NCBI GenBank assembly: GCA_964255285.1
Contig: CAXUUL010000045.1
Location: forward strand, 1-47,626
DNA length: 47,626 nt
Source of the DNA: Ionaspis alba
Taxonomy: Eukaryota
Reading direction: 5' to 3'
Of the stretch, positions 34,252 through 46,978 are shown one piece after another. The position numbers were made by a program, and so were the translations under genes. Under the pieces are notes generated by a model. That model saw only the letters and a program-made list of their open reading frames with translations. It made no database searches and had not been told where the DNA came from. The first letter of the stretch is position 1, and each line of letters begins with the position of its first letter.

Positions 34252-34553
34252 ACCCTTCTCAAGCAAATACCATGTCAAGCCTTCATCTACCCTGTCGGTG
34301 ACCAATTGAGCACACGATTCAAGGTTTGTTACATACACACTAGGGTAGAGGTGGATGAAGCTGACCTATCCTAGCTTGGATAGCTAGCATGGGACCGATA
34401 CGACCGGGTTTTCGTCATTGTGCATCGACACCTTTCTACGTTTCGTTGTTACAATCTATTGGAGCTCAACATAAAGGCATGATACCCAAAGAGCTTGATG
34501 CTGTGTCTTGTTCGTAGCACTATGGCATTCTCCATATACAAGATCTGCGGAAC

Positions 34554-35471
34554 ATGTCCCTCACGACTAGACCGGAAAACCCTTTCGCTCGTGCCTTAAT
34601 TGTGAGCCAAAACTTTCTTGTTGTACTTCCGCCGTAGTACTGACTGATCTTCTAGGCTGGTGCATTCGCAGGCACGAGTGTAGACCTTTCTCTCTATCCC
34701 ATCGACACGCTCAAGACTCGTCTTCAGTCTTCACAAGGCTTCAATGCCTCCGGCGGCTTCCGAGGAATTTACGCTGGAGTCGGCTCAGCAGTAGTTGGAT
34801 CTGCACCTGGCGCTGCCCTTTTCTTTGTGACTTATGAATCCTTGAAAACGTTCCTCCATCAGTACCATGAAGCCAAAGGACGGAGAAACGCAGGGAAGAT
34901 TCACTGGACAGAACCATTAGACCATATGCTAGCTGCAAGTGCTGGTGAGGTTGCTGCTTGTGCCGCGCGCGTACCAACAGAGGTCGTCAAGCAGCGCGCA
35001 CAAGCTTTGCAGTACAACAGCTCTATGGCAGCTTTGAAAGCTATCTTGCAACAGAGACAGCAGATTGGATTCACTGGAGTGTGGAGAGAAATGTATCGAG
35101 GATGGAACGTCACCATCATGAGGGAGGTTCCCTTCACGATCATACAATTCCCACTCTGGGAAGGTATGAAAGAGTGGAGACGAAGAACCAAAGGAAGGAG
35201 TGAGATCGGGGCGGTCGAGAGTGCTGTTTTTGGAAGTGTGGCAGGCGCGATCGCGGCCGGTGTGACGACCCCACTTGATGTGCTCAAGACTCGAATTATG
35301 CTGTCGAAAGACAGGCAAAAGACTATGAAGCTCTTGGTTCAGATAGTGGAAGAGTCAGGTCCTAGAGCTTTCTTTGCTGGTGTTGGCCCAAGAGTGCTGT
35401 GGATATCAGCGGGAGGGGCTATCTTTCTTGGCAGCTACCAGTGGGCTTATAACACGCTTGGAGCTCTGTGA
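34554..35471 (+). CDS. PET8: Mitochondrial S-adenosylmethionine carrier (SLC25A26/Pet8); 2 exons
   Basis: Intron 34602-34655. Three carrier signature motifs: YPIDTLKTRLQ, VPTEVVKQR and TPLDVLKTRIM. Also GSAPGAALFF and REVPFTIIQFPLWE, typical of SAM carriers. Confidence 0.92.
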
Positions 35472-35835
35472 CATCCTCAAGACTGTGGATTTGAGACGAT
35501 GAGGATATCTATAGATGTTGTTCTGAAGCACATCTTTTGCCTTTTGATCCAAAGTCGTCCTTGCTAGTCCGTCCAAATTCCAGCCCTAAAAACCCCAAGT
35601 TACGCGAGGGCCTCTTGAGTGTTGTGGCATGACTTCCCTTTCTATTTTCCTGCAACGTTCAGCAAAATTGTTCAAAATCTACAAAGTTAGTCTCAAGAGC
35701 TTTCGACAGACACCTTTATGCACTGGAATTGCTAGTCATATGCGCCATTATAGTGAGTGAGGCCGAGCATTCCGCATCGTGTTGTGTTCGCTGACGTTCT
35801 CTTCCAAACAGTACAATACACGAGCCCAAATCGTT

Positions 35836-38372
35836 ATGTCTTACGCTCCGTCTTGTAGACATGACAATGAACTTAAATCTTCTAATAGCTCACGGGCCGA
35901 TACACCCGCGCACTCGGAATTTCAAGCTCTTTCCGTTCGGCTAGACCGTGGATCGTTGACCTACACGGACGAAGACATATCCGAAGTCTTTGGTGAGTGT
36001 GTAGGAAAGCGTGGGACGCTCAACATGACAAATCGAGGTCCTAATCTGGGGTACCTCTGCATTTTCGGAGCTCCTACTCCAAACACCAATATGAAGGGCC
36101 AGATCCTCTCTCACACAAATATCGACCTGCTGCGTAAGCAAAGGACACTGGCGTTGACTGCCTCGGAAAGAGCACCGTCCCACAGTGAGCAACTTTCTGG
36201 CTTTACTTCCCCGTCCGTAATGCTTACTATACCAAAGTTCTAGATACCAGATCGTCTAATGAGCACAGCACAAGCTCGCCTCACGAAGGCATTGCAGAAC
36301 TAAGACAAGAGTCTAAAACAATAAATGGTGATGATGTTACTGATGCAATATTTCCGGTTTTCAGATCAACGGTCCGCAACCGACATTTCGGAGAAGACGA
36401 GATGTGGAGATGCTTAGGGTGGCATCGAATTGACACTGTCGAATACCTGGAGCCGAACAGTGAAGCTCTGGTCAGCATGCTGGCCGAAAAGTGGAATTAT
36501 AAGCCTCGACAGCAAGCAGGCTGGGAGGAAGGGTTGAGGAAGAAATGGGCAGTGATCACCATCAAGCTTGTTGACGATCTAGTGGGTGAGAATCCCATGA
36601 GGAGCCTCAAGCCGAAACCTAAGCTTGGAGCTTCCGAGATGCTGGCCACCTTGAGACTTCAAGACGCCAGAAGAAAAGAGGCGAAGGACAAGGAGGCGGA
36701 ACAGGCCCAAAACAGGTCTGAGTTGGGAGAGCTCCTGACTTTGGAGGAGCATCTATCTAGGAGGCGAGAGCTCATCGATCCCGGAGAACGAGGCAGTACC
36801 GATGACTGCTCTCATTGGCAGGAAGCGTCAATGGCCAAGGGGCATGACCGAGCTACACGCGCGATCGCAACGGGCGGCTTGAAAGCCGAAGGCTCAAATC
36901 TTATGCCAGCAACTTTGGTCTCGGAGAGTAAAGAAATAACACGACCAAGGACTAATGTGACTCAACACTTCTTCGCCACGGACGATCATCTGAAGGGACG
37001 ATCAACTATCGCGGGTTCAGCTCAAGCTTTTAGTACCGGCGGAAGGCACTCAGCAGGGGGATTCTCTGATGCAGAACCAAATGGGAGTGCCGGTGCAGGA
37101 CTGATTTACTCGAAGGAGGACCTGGAGAAGGTCTTCGGACCACTAAAAAGCAAGCTGCACGACCTCAACGCTACCGGTAGTGATCCTAATAAGCTCGCTT
37201 TCGTGCTCGTTATCGAGCCTCACGAAGCTAGCAAGAAGAATTTTGACATTGTGACAAGTGGTGATCTGCAACTGATATTTCTACCACCTCCGCCATCGAC
37301 GGCGGAGCTAAATCCAAGCATGGATGCGAGTCTGCAATACTCAGGCCGTGTGCTCCCAGACCTTGTGGTTCCTGTTTTTCGTGCTCCGCCGGATATGCCT
37401 CGGCGTGGGCGCAACCACGGTCCTTGGTACTACTGTGGTTACTACAGGGTTCTCAGTGTTCGATATCCAAATCTGGACGACTCAGACTTGCTAGATGCTC
37501 TAGAACGTAAGTATTCTGTCGAGCTCAGAAACACTGCAAAAGGCTTGAAGAAGCGGTATGCCTTTGTCCGAATCGAGCGCATCGAAAACATGGATAGCGC
37601 GAGTGCAATGCAGGGAATTGAGCCTATGACGGAACTAGCTCTAGCAGAGATCATTGCGAGCTACGAAGCTGTATCTGCCGCCAATGCTGAGAGACGATCG
37701 GCTCGAATGGCGGCAAGGGCTCACGAAGACAAGGAAGTTTTAGCGTGGCGGAGAGCAACCGCAGACGCGGTACAAACACCGTATGCTCCCAGCAACGTCA
37801 CTTCTGATACTGCCGATTCGTATAAGTGTAAACCACCTCATCAAGACGACAATGAGGAGGCCTGGCCGGCAGCTGCCACGTCTTCTCAGCAGTGCAGCAA
37901 CAGAGTCGAGCGCACCGTTGTCCAGGAGCCTCATCGAGTTCCCCAGATGCAGTCTAGCATCGCATCAGAGGAGATTCATGCTGTTCGAAAGACAGTGCAA
38001 CGATATCGGCAGAATGTGTCCTCGACCAAGTGGGACACGACTAAGCACACAGAAAACCTAGCACTTGACGGCTCCACACCCATGTCCGACAAAAGTAGTG
38101 GAGATCAAGAGTTAGCCGCGACTCAGATTCCGGCTATCAAAAAGCCGGCTCAGCAAGAAGAAGATCTCCTCGAGTTCGAGGAATGGGAACTGGCGAAAGT
38201 TGACGGACTAAATCCTCATACCATCGGACAAGAGGAAGCAGAAGAGGCGGCCATTGCGGCCCAAGACAAAGCCGAAAAATGGCCCATTGGTTCGCTGTAC
38301 AATCTCCCACAAATTCAACACTACCATCCTCGTCGGTTTGTTCACTTGAACAAGGGTGACGAGAAAATTTGA
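35836..38372 (+). CDS. Hypothetical protein (~825 aa) with two diverged copies of an uncharacterised alpha/beta domain (SRA/PUA-like features)
   Basis: Intron 36185-36243 (GTGAGC...GCTTAC...TAG) fuses ORF 35836-36184 in frame with the ORF ending at 38372. A probable 5'-UTR intron lies at 35753-35811 (GTGAGT...GCTGAC...CAG). The internal repeat is visible by eye. Confidence 0.8.
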
Positions 38373-38738
38373 ATGCACAGGGCAGAAAATGTGGCAAAAT
38401 GCTTAGGCGGGAAGGTTGCGGTGTGGTGGAACTTTTGCATCTTCTGAGCTTCTTTGTAGCAACCATGAGTACGAGATGAGGTGGATAAACTTTGGTTTGC
38501 ACAGCGTGCTTAGCGTGGATAGGCAATCCTGGTTGCGAGAGCTCATATAGCATAGAACCTCGCTATAGATTCGGTAGCAAGGACGACGGAGTAGTCCGTC
38601 ATGTAAAGAGTCAAAGATACATTTGCAATGATTTCGTAAATTGACCGGGTATCGTTGCGCGACAATGATCATCGTAGATACATGTACAATCGTCCAACTT
38701 CCAAGTGGGTATTGATCCAAGTTTCCAATCCCCAGAGC

Positions 38739-41700
38739 TCAAGCATCTCCACCAGGTGATCCAACCAAAGCATCCGCCACAACCGGCCTTCTAAGCCTCT
38801 TCTCTAAATCAGGTTTCCGCCCATTAGACTTGTAGTAGAGCATTATATCACCACCCGACTTGGAGACATGGGCACGGAGCGTTGCAAGGGTCATGTTTGG
38901 ATGAACAAGCTACGCCAACATGGTTAGTGATAGTATAGGAAAGGTGGAGAAGTAGAGACGAGAATCAAGAACTTACTTGGCCTTGGCAGTAGAGATCGAG
39001 GTATTCTTCCGGCTTGAGGGCGTTAGGGTCGGGGTGCTCGGGCATGGGCTCGATTCGCTCCGCAATGTAGAGGATGATTTTCTTAGCACGAAGCATGCGG
39101 TTGGCGTTGAGACGGCAATTGCTACTGCTGACCATTCAGAATCGCGATAGGCTGGGAAAATGGAGGGAAAGGGTTCAACCATACCCGTCGGCGCTTGGGA
39201 TGGTCGGAAGAAGGTCTTGATAAGGCTGGAGAATGAAGGATATTTTCACTATTTCCTTAGGAGGTATTTGGTTCTAAAGTAGGGGTTAGGAAAAGATTGC
39301 GGACAAATTCATTGGGCAAACAAACCCGTAGGAGCAGATCGCCCAACCACATGGGTGCAATTTTCTCGATCACGTCGGCGTCTTGACCGACAGATCCAAC
39401 AGTACCCCGGTACAAGTCTGCTACGCCTCCAGATTCAGGTCGGTCCTCCTGAATGATGATGATCGTGGAATGGGGCGGTTTCAAGACGGGAGTCTCGTTA
39501 GGTAGGCTAGGATTGATTCCAGGCTGTAGAGGACCGCTGAGAGGATTCTGCGACTGCTCGTCATAGTCTTGACGAATCTTTTGCAATGTTCCCAAGAAAT
39601 TGTCTTCAAATATTTTGTCTTCCTTCTCCGAAGACTTGTCCGACGTCTCCGATTTGTCGTCTACCACAGCCGGCTTTACCTCTGCAGAAGATCTACCGAG
39701 TTTCTTTGGAAAACTCATTCGGAATTTCTTGCCAAATATCGTCCCTGTTTTGGTGTCCTTCTCGGGTTCGGTAGGTGATTGAGCGGAGGCTTCAGGCTGA
39801 CCTTCACCTGAAGAGCTATCTGAGACTTTCCCGTTTGTGGTTTGAGTTGACTGGGGAGTTTGGTTGCTGGAGAAGTAATCGCCAGACGTTCTAGCATTAC
39901 CGGAATGCGATTTCCGTTTATCGAGGGTACTACCCTCTTCAGCTGTACTTGGTAAGTGGTTTTGAATATGGGTATTGTGGTTTGCAACGACAGCACCAGG
40001 AGTGGCAATACCTATACCATGTCCCGGAGTCATGGCAGGGTAGTGGACACCGTTCGTTGCGCGCGGAGTGATGACAGACTCCCCATCCTCTCGATCTCCA
40101 ACGATTTCTGGGCCTCTTGACCGCGGCATTTGTATCGAAGGTGGTGCGCCATCTCTATAAAGTCCATTTGCTTGGTGTGTCTTGACCGGCAAGCTAGCTC
40201 GATATTGGTCATCCCGTCTGATCTCTTCGTCAATCAAATTTGCAAATAGATAACGAAGGACCCATTTCCCAAGGTTGACTGGGCCACTTGGTGTAAGCAT
40301 TTGAGCATCAAATTGTGTGGCGTGAATGCAATTGCTCGACATTGACGGTGATAAGGTAGAAACTCACTTCGTTGGTCTTCTCTAAACTCTAATGGTTCAT
40401 TAATCTCCGCCTCGTCTGCATACACTTCAGCATCGAAGCAGTAGTTTTCCTCAAGCACAACTGTGATGTCCCCTGTTCTCGTGTCTACCCCACACCAGTT
40501 GCCCAAGCTTTCCATGGTATTAACTTCGGGCGTAACATCCTCGAGATGTCTCTTGCCGAAAGATTTTATTGGAGCACACTGAGGATTGATTAGCGAAGCG
40601 ATCACTCTTATACTCGAGGACTGACTAACCTTGAGTAGATCCCACATCACAACTTCGCCTGCTGTATCTAAAGTAAGAACACGTCTCCTGTCATTAAGCA
40701 TTACATGTTTGATTAGTCCATTCTGTCCTTCGATTGTTTCTTCTGGTAGGCCGTGAATCGGAATTGTGATCCCTGGATCTGTGTCTATAATTGCTTCAGA
40801 TGGCTTCCGCATGCTCGACCCTGAATAAATGGTCGTAGCATCATGCGACCTGACCTTGGATATCGTTAAAGGAGCTGTATTCGAAATTCGCAGGACGCTA
40901 TTGAAGGGTATTGTTTCATTAGAGTTGTCGTTGGTTTTCGTTTCTTCGAACACTTGTGTCAGAGGCGAGGTCTTTGACTTTGGGCTTGAATTAGATTCAT
41001 CGATTTCCTGTACCTGTCTGGGTTCTTCGATCCGTAATGTGGTATTGATATCCTTCCAGCGGTTGATACTAGAGCTTGAGGTAGCAGTCCAAACATGGTT
41101 CCCCGTTGCAATAACCTTGTTGACCCCCTCATGCTCTTGTGCAATAGCCACCGACAAACCTTCATCCATGTCCGCACACCCTCTAACATCGGTCTTAGCA
41201 ATGACTCCAGATCGATCGGCTGAGTAGAAAATAGAAAGCTGCGGATGATCTGAATATAGTGACCACACACTATCATTATGCATAGTTAGGGTATGCATGC
41301 ATCTTCCAGCCGCCATTGACCACACTTTGATCGTTTGATCCGACGAAGCTGTCATGATTTTGTCACCAGCTTCGTTAATGAGTATATCCCGCACATTGTC
41401 TGTATGGCCAACAAATTTGGTGATGCGTTTGCCAGTCTTAGGATCCCACAACCTGACGATGCTTTCCGGACCTCCACTAGCCATTATGGAGTTCCGCGCG
41501 CTTAAGGCATACACAGAGCCTTTGTCCTTGTTTTCATCTTCCCCAACAGCGATCTTGAGCTTTTCACCGTCCCCATTAAGATCCCATATCCTGATTGTGT
41601 GGTCTAGGCTCCCAGATGCAACCCAGTCCGAGTGTATTCCCGGGGTCGCCAGACATTTGACATAGTCGTCGTGGAGTCCAATTGTCTTCGCTGTTTGTCC

Positions 41701-42214
41701 ATCTCCTGCATGTGGTCGCCATACTTTGACTGAGACATCAGAGGATGCCGAAACAAGTGCGGTATTACTTTGCGTGAGCACAATGTCATTCACCCAATGT
41801 GTGTGCGCCTGGACTTGACTTCGGAATGCGGTAGACCGTTTAGTCCGTTTGGGGTGGGAGGGTGGATCATCTGGAGAAGTGAAGGGATTTTGAAGATCGT
41901 TGGCAGACCTCGGGGTAAGGTTCAGATCCCAGGCACATATAACACCATCTCGGCCACCAGAGTAGCTACCGCCAGATCAGCGACGGAGATTGGAGATTAG
42001 AGATATTTTGTAAGGACTCTACTGACAGGATGGATCGTTCGCTATCGACAGCTAAGCCATTGATCCCAAGACGATGTCCTCCAGGCGAATTGGCAAGGGG
42101 AAGAACTGTCTCAGAGACCGATATCAGTATGATTCTAGTTTGTGGGAAGAAGTTGCAGGTGCTTTGCGTGGAGACGGTACCATAGCTGATGCGCTGGCGT
42201 GCCTTGCGCGCCAT
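38739..42214 (-). CDS. WDR48: WD40-repeat deubiquitinase cofactor of the WDR48/UAF1/Duf1/Bun107 family; 8 exons
   Basis: Introns 42180-42106, 42026-41966, 40629-40579, 40367-40279, 39325-39274, 39184-39122 and 38976-38910. Motifs: [43 protein letters not shown] and NMTLATLR. Confidence 0.92.
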
Positions 42215-42928
42215 TTGAGACAGCGCCCTTCATACGAGTAAACGCAGAATTTTCAGTCGACTCTTACGGACCAGAGGTATGAAGATATTGTAGAACGAGA
42301 TCATCCTCGAGATTCGAAATCAATGTCCTGCCTAAGAGGTGTAACGCTAGAGTGGGTCCGGCGCAGAAAGGCAACCGTGCCGTAGAAAGCCAAGCATCAG
42401 AAGCCGCCTCATGCCACTCGACCTCGCCAGGTACAAGCACGAGTAGTCTGTTTCGATATCAAGCACCCATGGTTCACTGTCCCAGAAGATCCAATCAATC
42501 ACGTACGGTCATGGAAACTTCCCATGCTGGAATGCTGGCAAGGTGTCCGATTGGCCAGCTTGCAATGTAGGAAGTCCGCCAACCAGGTTTGCATTGTCCA
42601 GGTATGGTGGGAAAACATTTCCACTTTCCAGAAGAGAGAGCACATCTGTCACGACTAATATTGTATGCAAGATGCGGAAGGCCAGTGAAATCGTCAAAAA
42701 GTTTCTATATGGTAGGAGAACCTGAGGCCCATTTATACGCAGCCCACCGGACGTTGGCAGACAGGTCCTAGCAAAGCGAACTGGTCGATCTATATACAAA
42801 ACTGGGAATCATGAACACAAAAAGCATTGACAGCCCCACCCTGAATATCACCACCACCCGTGGCACCATTCCAAATCTCGAAACTTTGACGCCCTCTAAA
42901 TTCCGGCAGCCAGCGCGCTCAATCTGAA

Positions 42929-45900
42929 TTATTTCCTACTCGGTGTGGGCGTGGTCGGTGTTCCAGGCTCCAGAGTATGTTCATGGCCTGGAGCCCGTAC
43001 GACTGTACCACCCTCCTCTTGTCTACATACGGGCGTGCCGCACACCCAGGGATCCTCCAATATTTCCTCCAAGGTTGCTCTCTTCTTAGGGTCTATCTCG
43101 AGCATTCTACCCATGATACTCCTACTTTCTCGCGGCAAAAGACGCAGTAGTCGCCATGGACCTTTTATGACGTCCTGCTTTGGGGCATCAATCCGAGGAC
43201 CAGGCGCGTGAGAAGCCTGCGAGGACTGTGGAGCTTGTGCTGCTTCTCCTGCTGCCTGCTCTGTCGTCGAGACTGCTGACTGCCGATGACTATGATGATG
43301 GTGATGATGAGAGGACTTGCTCGCTGAGTCTTCAAGGGACGTCTGTCGTGATTGAGTGTTACCATCGGAAATTGGAGCCGATCTACGCCTCGCGCTCTCT
43401 TCGGCCGCCGGCAGATCCATCATTGACTTTGGACGTTGCTCGGAAGTCCGGCGGAAAGTCTCTGCAGTAGGCGTTCCAGGAGTAGGAGCAGAGACGAAGA
43501 GCTTGAACGAGTTGTCCGTAAGCCTCGGTGCTTTCCATGGAAATCGACGAAGGGACATGCAGGCATAGATGATGGCGAGCGACCATATGTCGGTGGGTTG
43601 AGGATCATATTTCGGACTATCATAAACCTCAGGCGCCAAATATGGATCTGAGCCAACAACACCTGGAAATCGTTAACGGACGGTTTACAGATGTGTTAAA
43701 TTGAAGCTTACCACTAGCTAATACGATATCATTTTCGAAAGGGTAGCGGAAAACAGTAGCACTCCCGAAATCGATAAGTTTCATGATACCATACTCATTG
43801 ACGACGACATTGTCCAGCTTGAGATCGCGGTGGGCAAGTCCCATACTATGCAGGTAGGTAACACCATTGAAAATCTGCAAAAATGAACATGCAACTTCTT
43901 CTCTTGACATTTTCCCTGTCATTACGATAGCGAACAGATCGTAGGGGGCATATTCCATAACCTCGTACCAATGGCCTTTTTCGTGGATAATGTCAAGCGT
44001 CTCTATTATGTTCCCATGGTGCAGCGTCGATCCAATACAGAACTCTGCAGTAACCTTCTTGGCGTATTCTTTTTCAGACTCGTAACTATGACGGTCGCGG
44101 AATTGCTTGACCGCAAAGGTCACGCCATCACTGCTTCTCTTCATTAACCGGACTGAACCTCCTGCTCCAGAGCCAAGAACCTTCCCAAATTTCCCGTATT
44201 TACTTTGGAGACCATGATCATCTGCGAAAGGAACGTTGGTAGGCGGAAGCTGATACGGCGGTGTTCGGGAGCCGGACTGACTCTGAGCTGCCTTGGCGGA
44301 TCTTGCAGGAGAAGCTGATCTTTTGTTGCCCGAATGTCCTATTCTAAAAAATCGTTTGAGGTCCGACATTGACCCATGAGGCTTGCCAGAATTTGCATTA
44401 CCCCCTTCATGGAGGTGTCCGAGGTGGTCCTTCTTCCCAGCGAGAGAATGCAAGGAGAACCCAGACTGATGCCGGTCGGAAGACTTAAGATCATTGCCGC
44501 TATTTGAGCGAGGCAATTGGCCGAGCGCTGGCACTGTCCCTATGCCGGAATGCCGCCGCGAGTCCCTACCTCCGAAAATAAACCTCGCTTCAACCGTGTC
44601 TAGGTTGCGCGACTGAGGCGGTCTCCGACTTCTCTGGTATGGATCATCTCGATCTCCGGCCGGTGTGAAAGGTCTGCTGTAGGCAGTCGGCGGGGTAGTT
44701 GTTCCGGATCCTGGCCTAGAAGTGCCAGTGGGACTGTGCTCTCTCGAAGGCGGGATTGAATCCCCAGTAGGACCTGTAGAGAAAAGTGGCGTATGTTTGG
44801 ACTTAGATTCGGCAAGGCCCGAACCAGATGACACTGTCGTTGGACGCGTGCTTGTTCCTTCTGAGGGTGACGACGGCCTTGAGCCAGCCGAGACTGTGGT
44901 TACACGTGAATCAACAGCACTACTCGATCCTGTGGGAGGCAGAGACTCTTTTTGAGGATTTGAAGTTTGTGGAGTCATTTGCGCAGTGCTGAGATTGGCA
45001 GTACCAATGCCGGTGCCTGGAGCTTCACCAGTTCCTTGTCGCTCATCTCGAGAGGAAGAGACAGCAGGAGTGAGGGGTGGTGTGTGAACTGAATGCATCG
45101 ATGGCGAGGGATTTGGTGAGGCTCCACCGGATCGCACGTCTTGTCTCGAACCACGATGAGGACTGGGTTCTTTCGAAGGTACCTAAGACCGCATATCAGC
45201 ATATTCAGATTGAGGCTATCGAAAGATTGAGGTAGAACATAAGAAAATTCCGTGTCAAGTAAGTCAGGAAGCCCCAATGCACAGCCTCGTAGGATCGTGC
45301 AGTATTACGAACAGGGGTAGAGTGGCAGGATCCTATCAAATGCACGCGAGTAAATCGCGTACGCTTGCACCTGTCTTGAAGCACCCTGAGGAAGCTCATG
45401 GTATGAGCACGACAGGATAGCTGTTACCAGCCTCTCTCTATACAACCAGTTCTTCGCGTGCAAGGGTACGGCGTAATATGGTGCCAAGAGAGATATTGAA
45501 CGAGGCGACAACACCATAACCAACATGCATCACAAATCGAAAAACACGTACTCTAGAAGCCGGTAAAGAGACAGGCTCGAAAGTGAAATGGCTCATGCGT
45601 TGATGTAGCGCGTGGGATTCCTGCAATGTTCTGGAAAGGTTCCTAATTTCTTCTTGAGCTTCAGGACTAAGCGGTTCATTGGACTTCGAATTGTCGGATG
45701 TCAAAGTATTCATGGTTTGTAGACTATGGGCAGGTTCTATTTCCTGCAACACAGAGCTGAATCGTACAGCCTGTCCATGTGTGGAATTTTGCATGGATGT
45801 AGATGACGGTAAAGGGGTCTCGTTCACGCCTGGTGGGCCATCGTGCTTGACTTGGGAAGCCTTGGCTAAGGAACCACCCGAAAGTTAGCAGACTCTTCTT

Positions 45901-46001
45901 CTCAAGTATCTATCGAGCTAGGTGTGGTCATCCATACCAGGGAAGGTCGTCGAGATCTCGTCTTCTCTTTGAAGCTTGGGGATCTGCGTCTTCGACGCCA
46001 T
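42929..46001 (-). CDS. SAT4: Hal/Npr-family Ser/Thr protein kinase, Sat4/Hal4-like; 4 exons
   Basis: Introns 45937-45866, 45551-45183 and 43711-43663. Motifs: [60 protein letters not shown] and [14 protein letters not shown]. Confidence 0.92.
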
Positions 46002-46978
46002 TCTCCCTCCCAAAGAACCTTTCTGCGAATAGCTGCAGCCCAGGATATACCAGGTATTTGACAGGTGGATTCAATTAACTAGTTCCTAGGTCGAGATTTT
46101 ATAGCACAGTTTGGAGGGGTTGACTCGGAATTGTCGAAGACTAGAGGCGGAAAGGCGAATCATCCCGGCTTAAGACAAGACTTCAAACGTCCTCGACAAC
46201 CATTCTTATCCGGGGATGGTAAGCCTTTGAAAAGTGGCTTAGTAGCCTTCGCGACTTCTCGCACAGTATCTCGACTCTAGCACAGTAATCGATCCAAGTG
46301 TGGAATGAAGATGGTCCTGACCCCGCGCAAAGTTGATATAGGCTTTTATAAGATGGGAAAGGAGTGGAAATGAAACGAATTGGACAGTATTATCAAGGTT
46401 GGAAAATAAAACAGGGAGAGATAGTCAAAGAGTCGAGTAAGAGTGATGACTCTGATGGACGGCAAAGACGGTAATCTCTAGACGCTGGTGGGCTGTTTAG
46501 TTTTTACTCCGATAACCGGGTAGAACTACCGACCGGTAAGGCTTGCTTTATTATACGGCTCATCTATGAAATGGGGTAGGGCTAGGTCATCGAAATCAAG
46601 TGAACCAGATTCCTAAGCAGCCTGGACACTTGATATAGTTCAACTCAATAAATACTCTGAGAGGTGGTGCTGGAAGTTATGCTGGTAGAGTCCTGCAATG
46701 GCACCAAGTTTCGATCTGATGCCTACTAAGATTCATCCAGAAAAGATCGACGTCATCGCGTCTTCTAACCAACAGGTACTGTCTCAATCGGTACGTGGGA
46801 CTAGAAATCTTTCAGGCATCGTGTTATCGATAGCGCAGCTTTTAATATTCGAATACTGATCCACCGAACTTGTTTCCTACAAACGACGTATGGATGTTGT
46901 AGCCAAGAGACGCGCAGCCCGCTATGCCTAAGGTAACCACAAGGTCTATAAAGAGCTTCAAGCAGCCGCGGAGGACCG

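Noticed and set aside
39274..39295. GGGGTTAGG, a telomere- or telomerase-template-like motif
   Set aside because: It is the CTAAC branch point and acceptor region of WDR48 intron 5 read on the opposite strand.
43286..43310. (GAT/GGT)n microsatellite-like run
   Set aside because: It encodes the poly-His tract in the kinase insert, which is ordinary low-complexity coding sequence.
3807..45000. Numerous antisense or alternate-frame ORFs in the supplied track
   Set aside because: They are shadows of the real coding exons, expected at about 50% GC.
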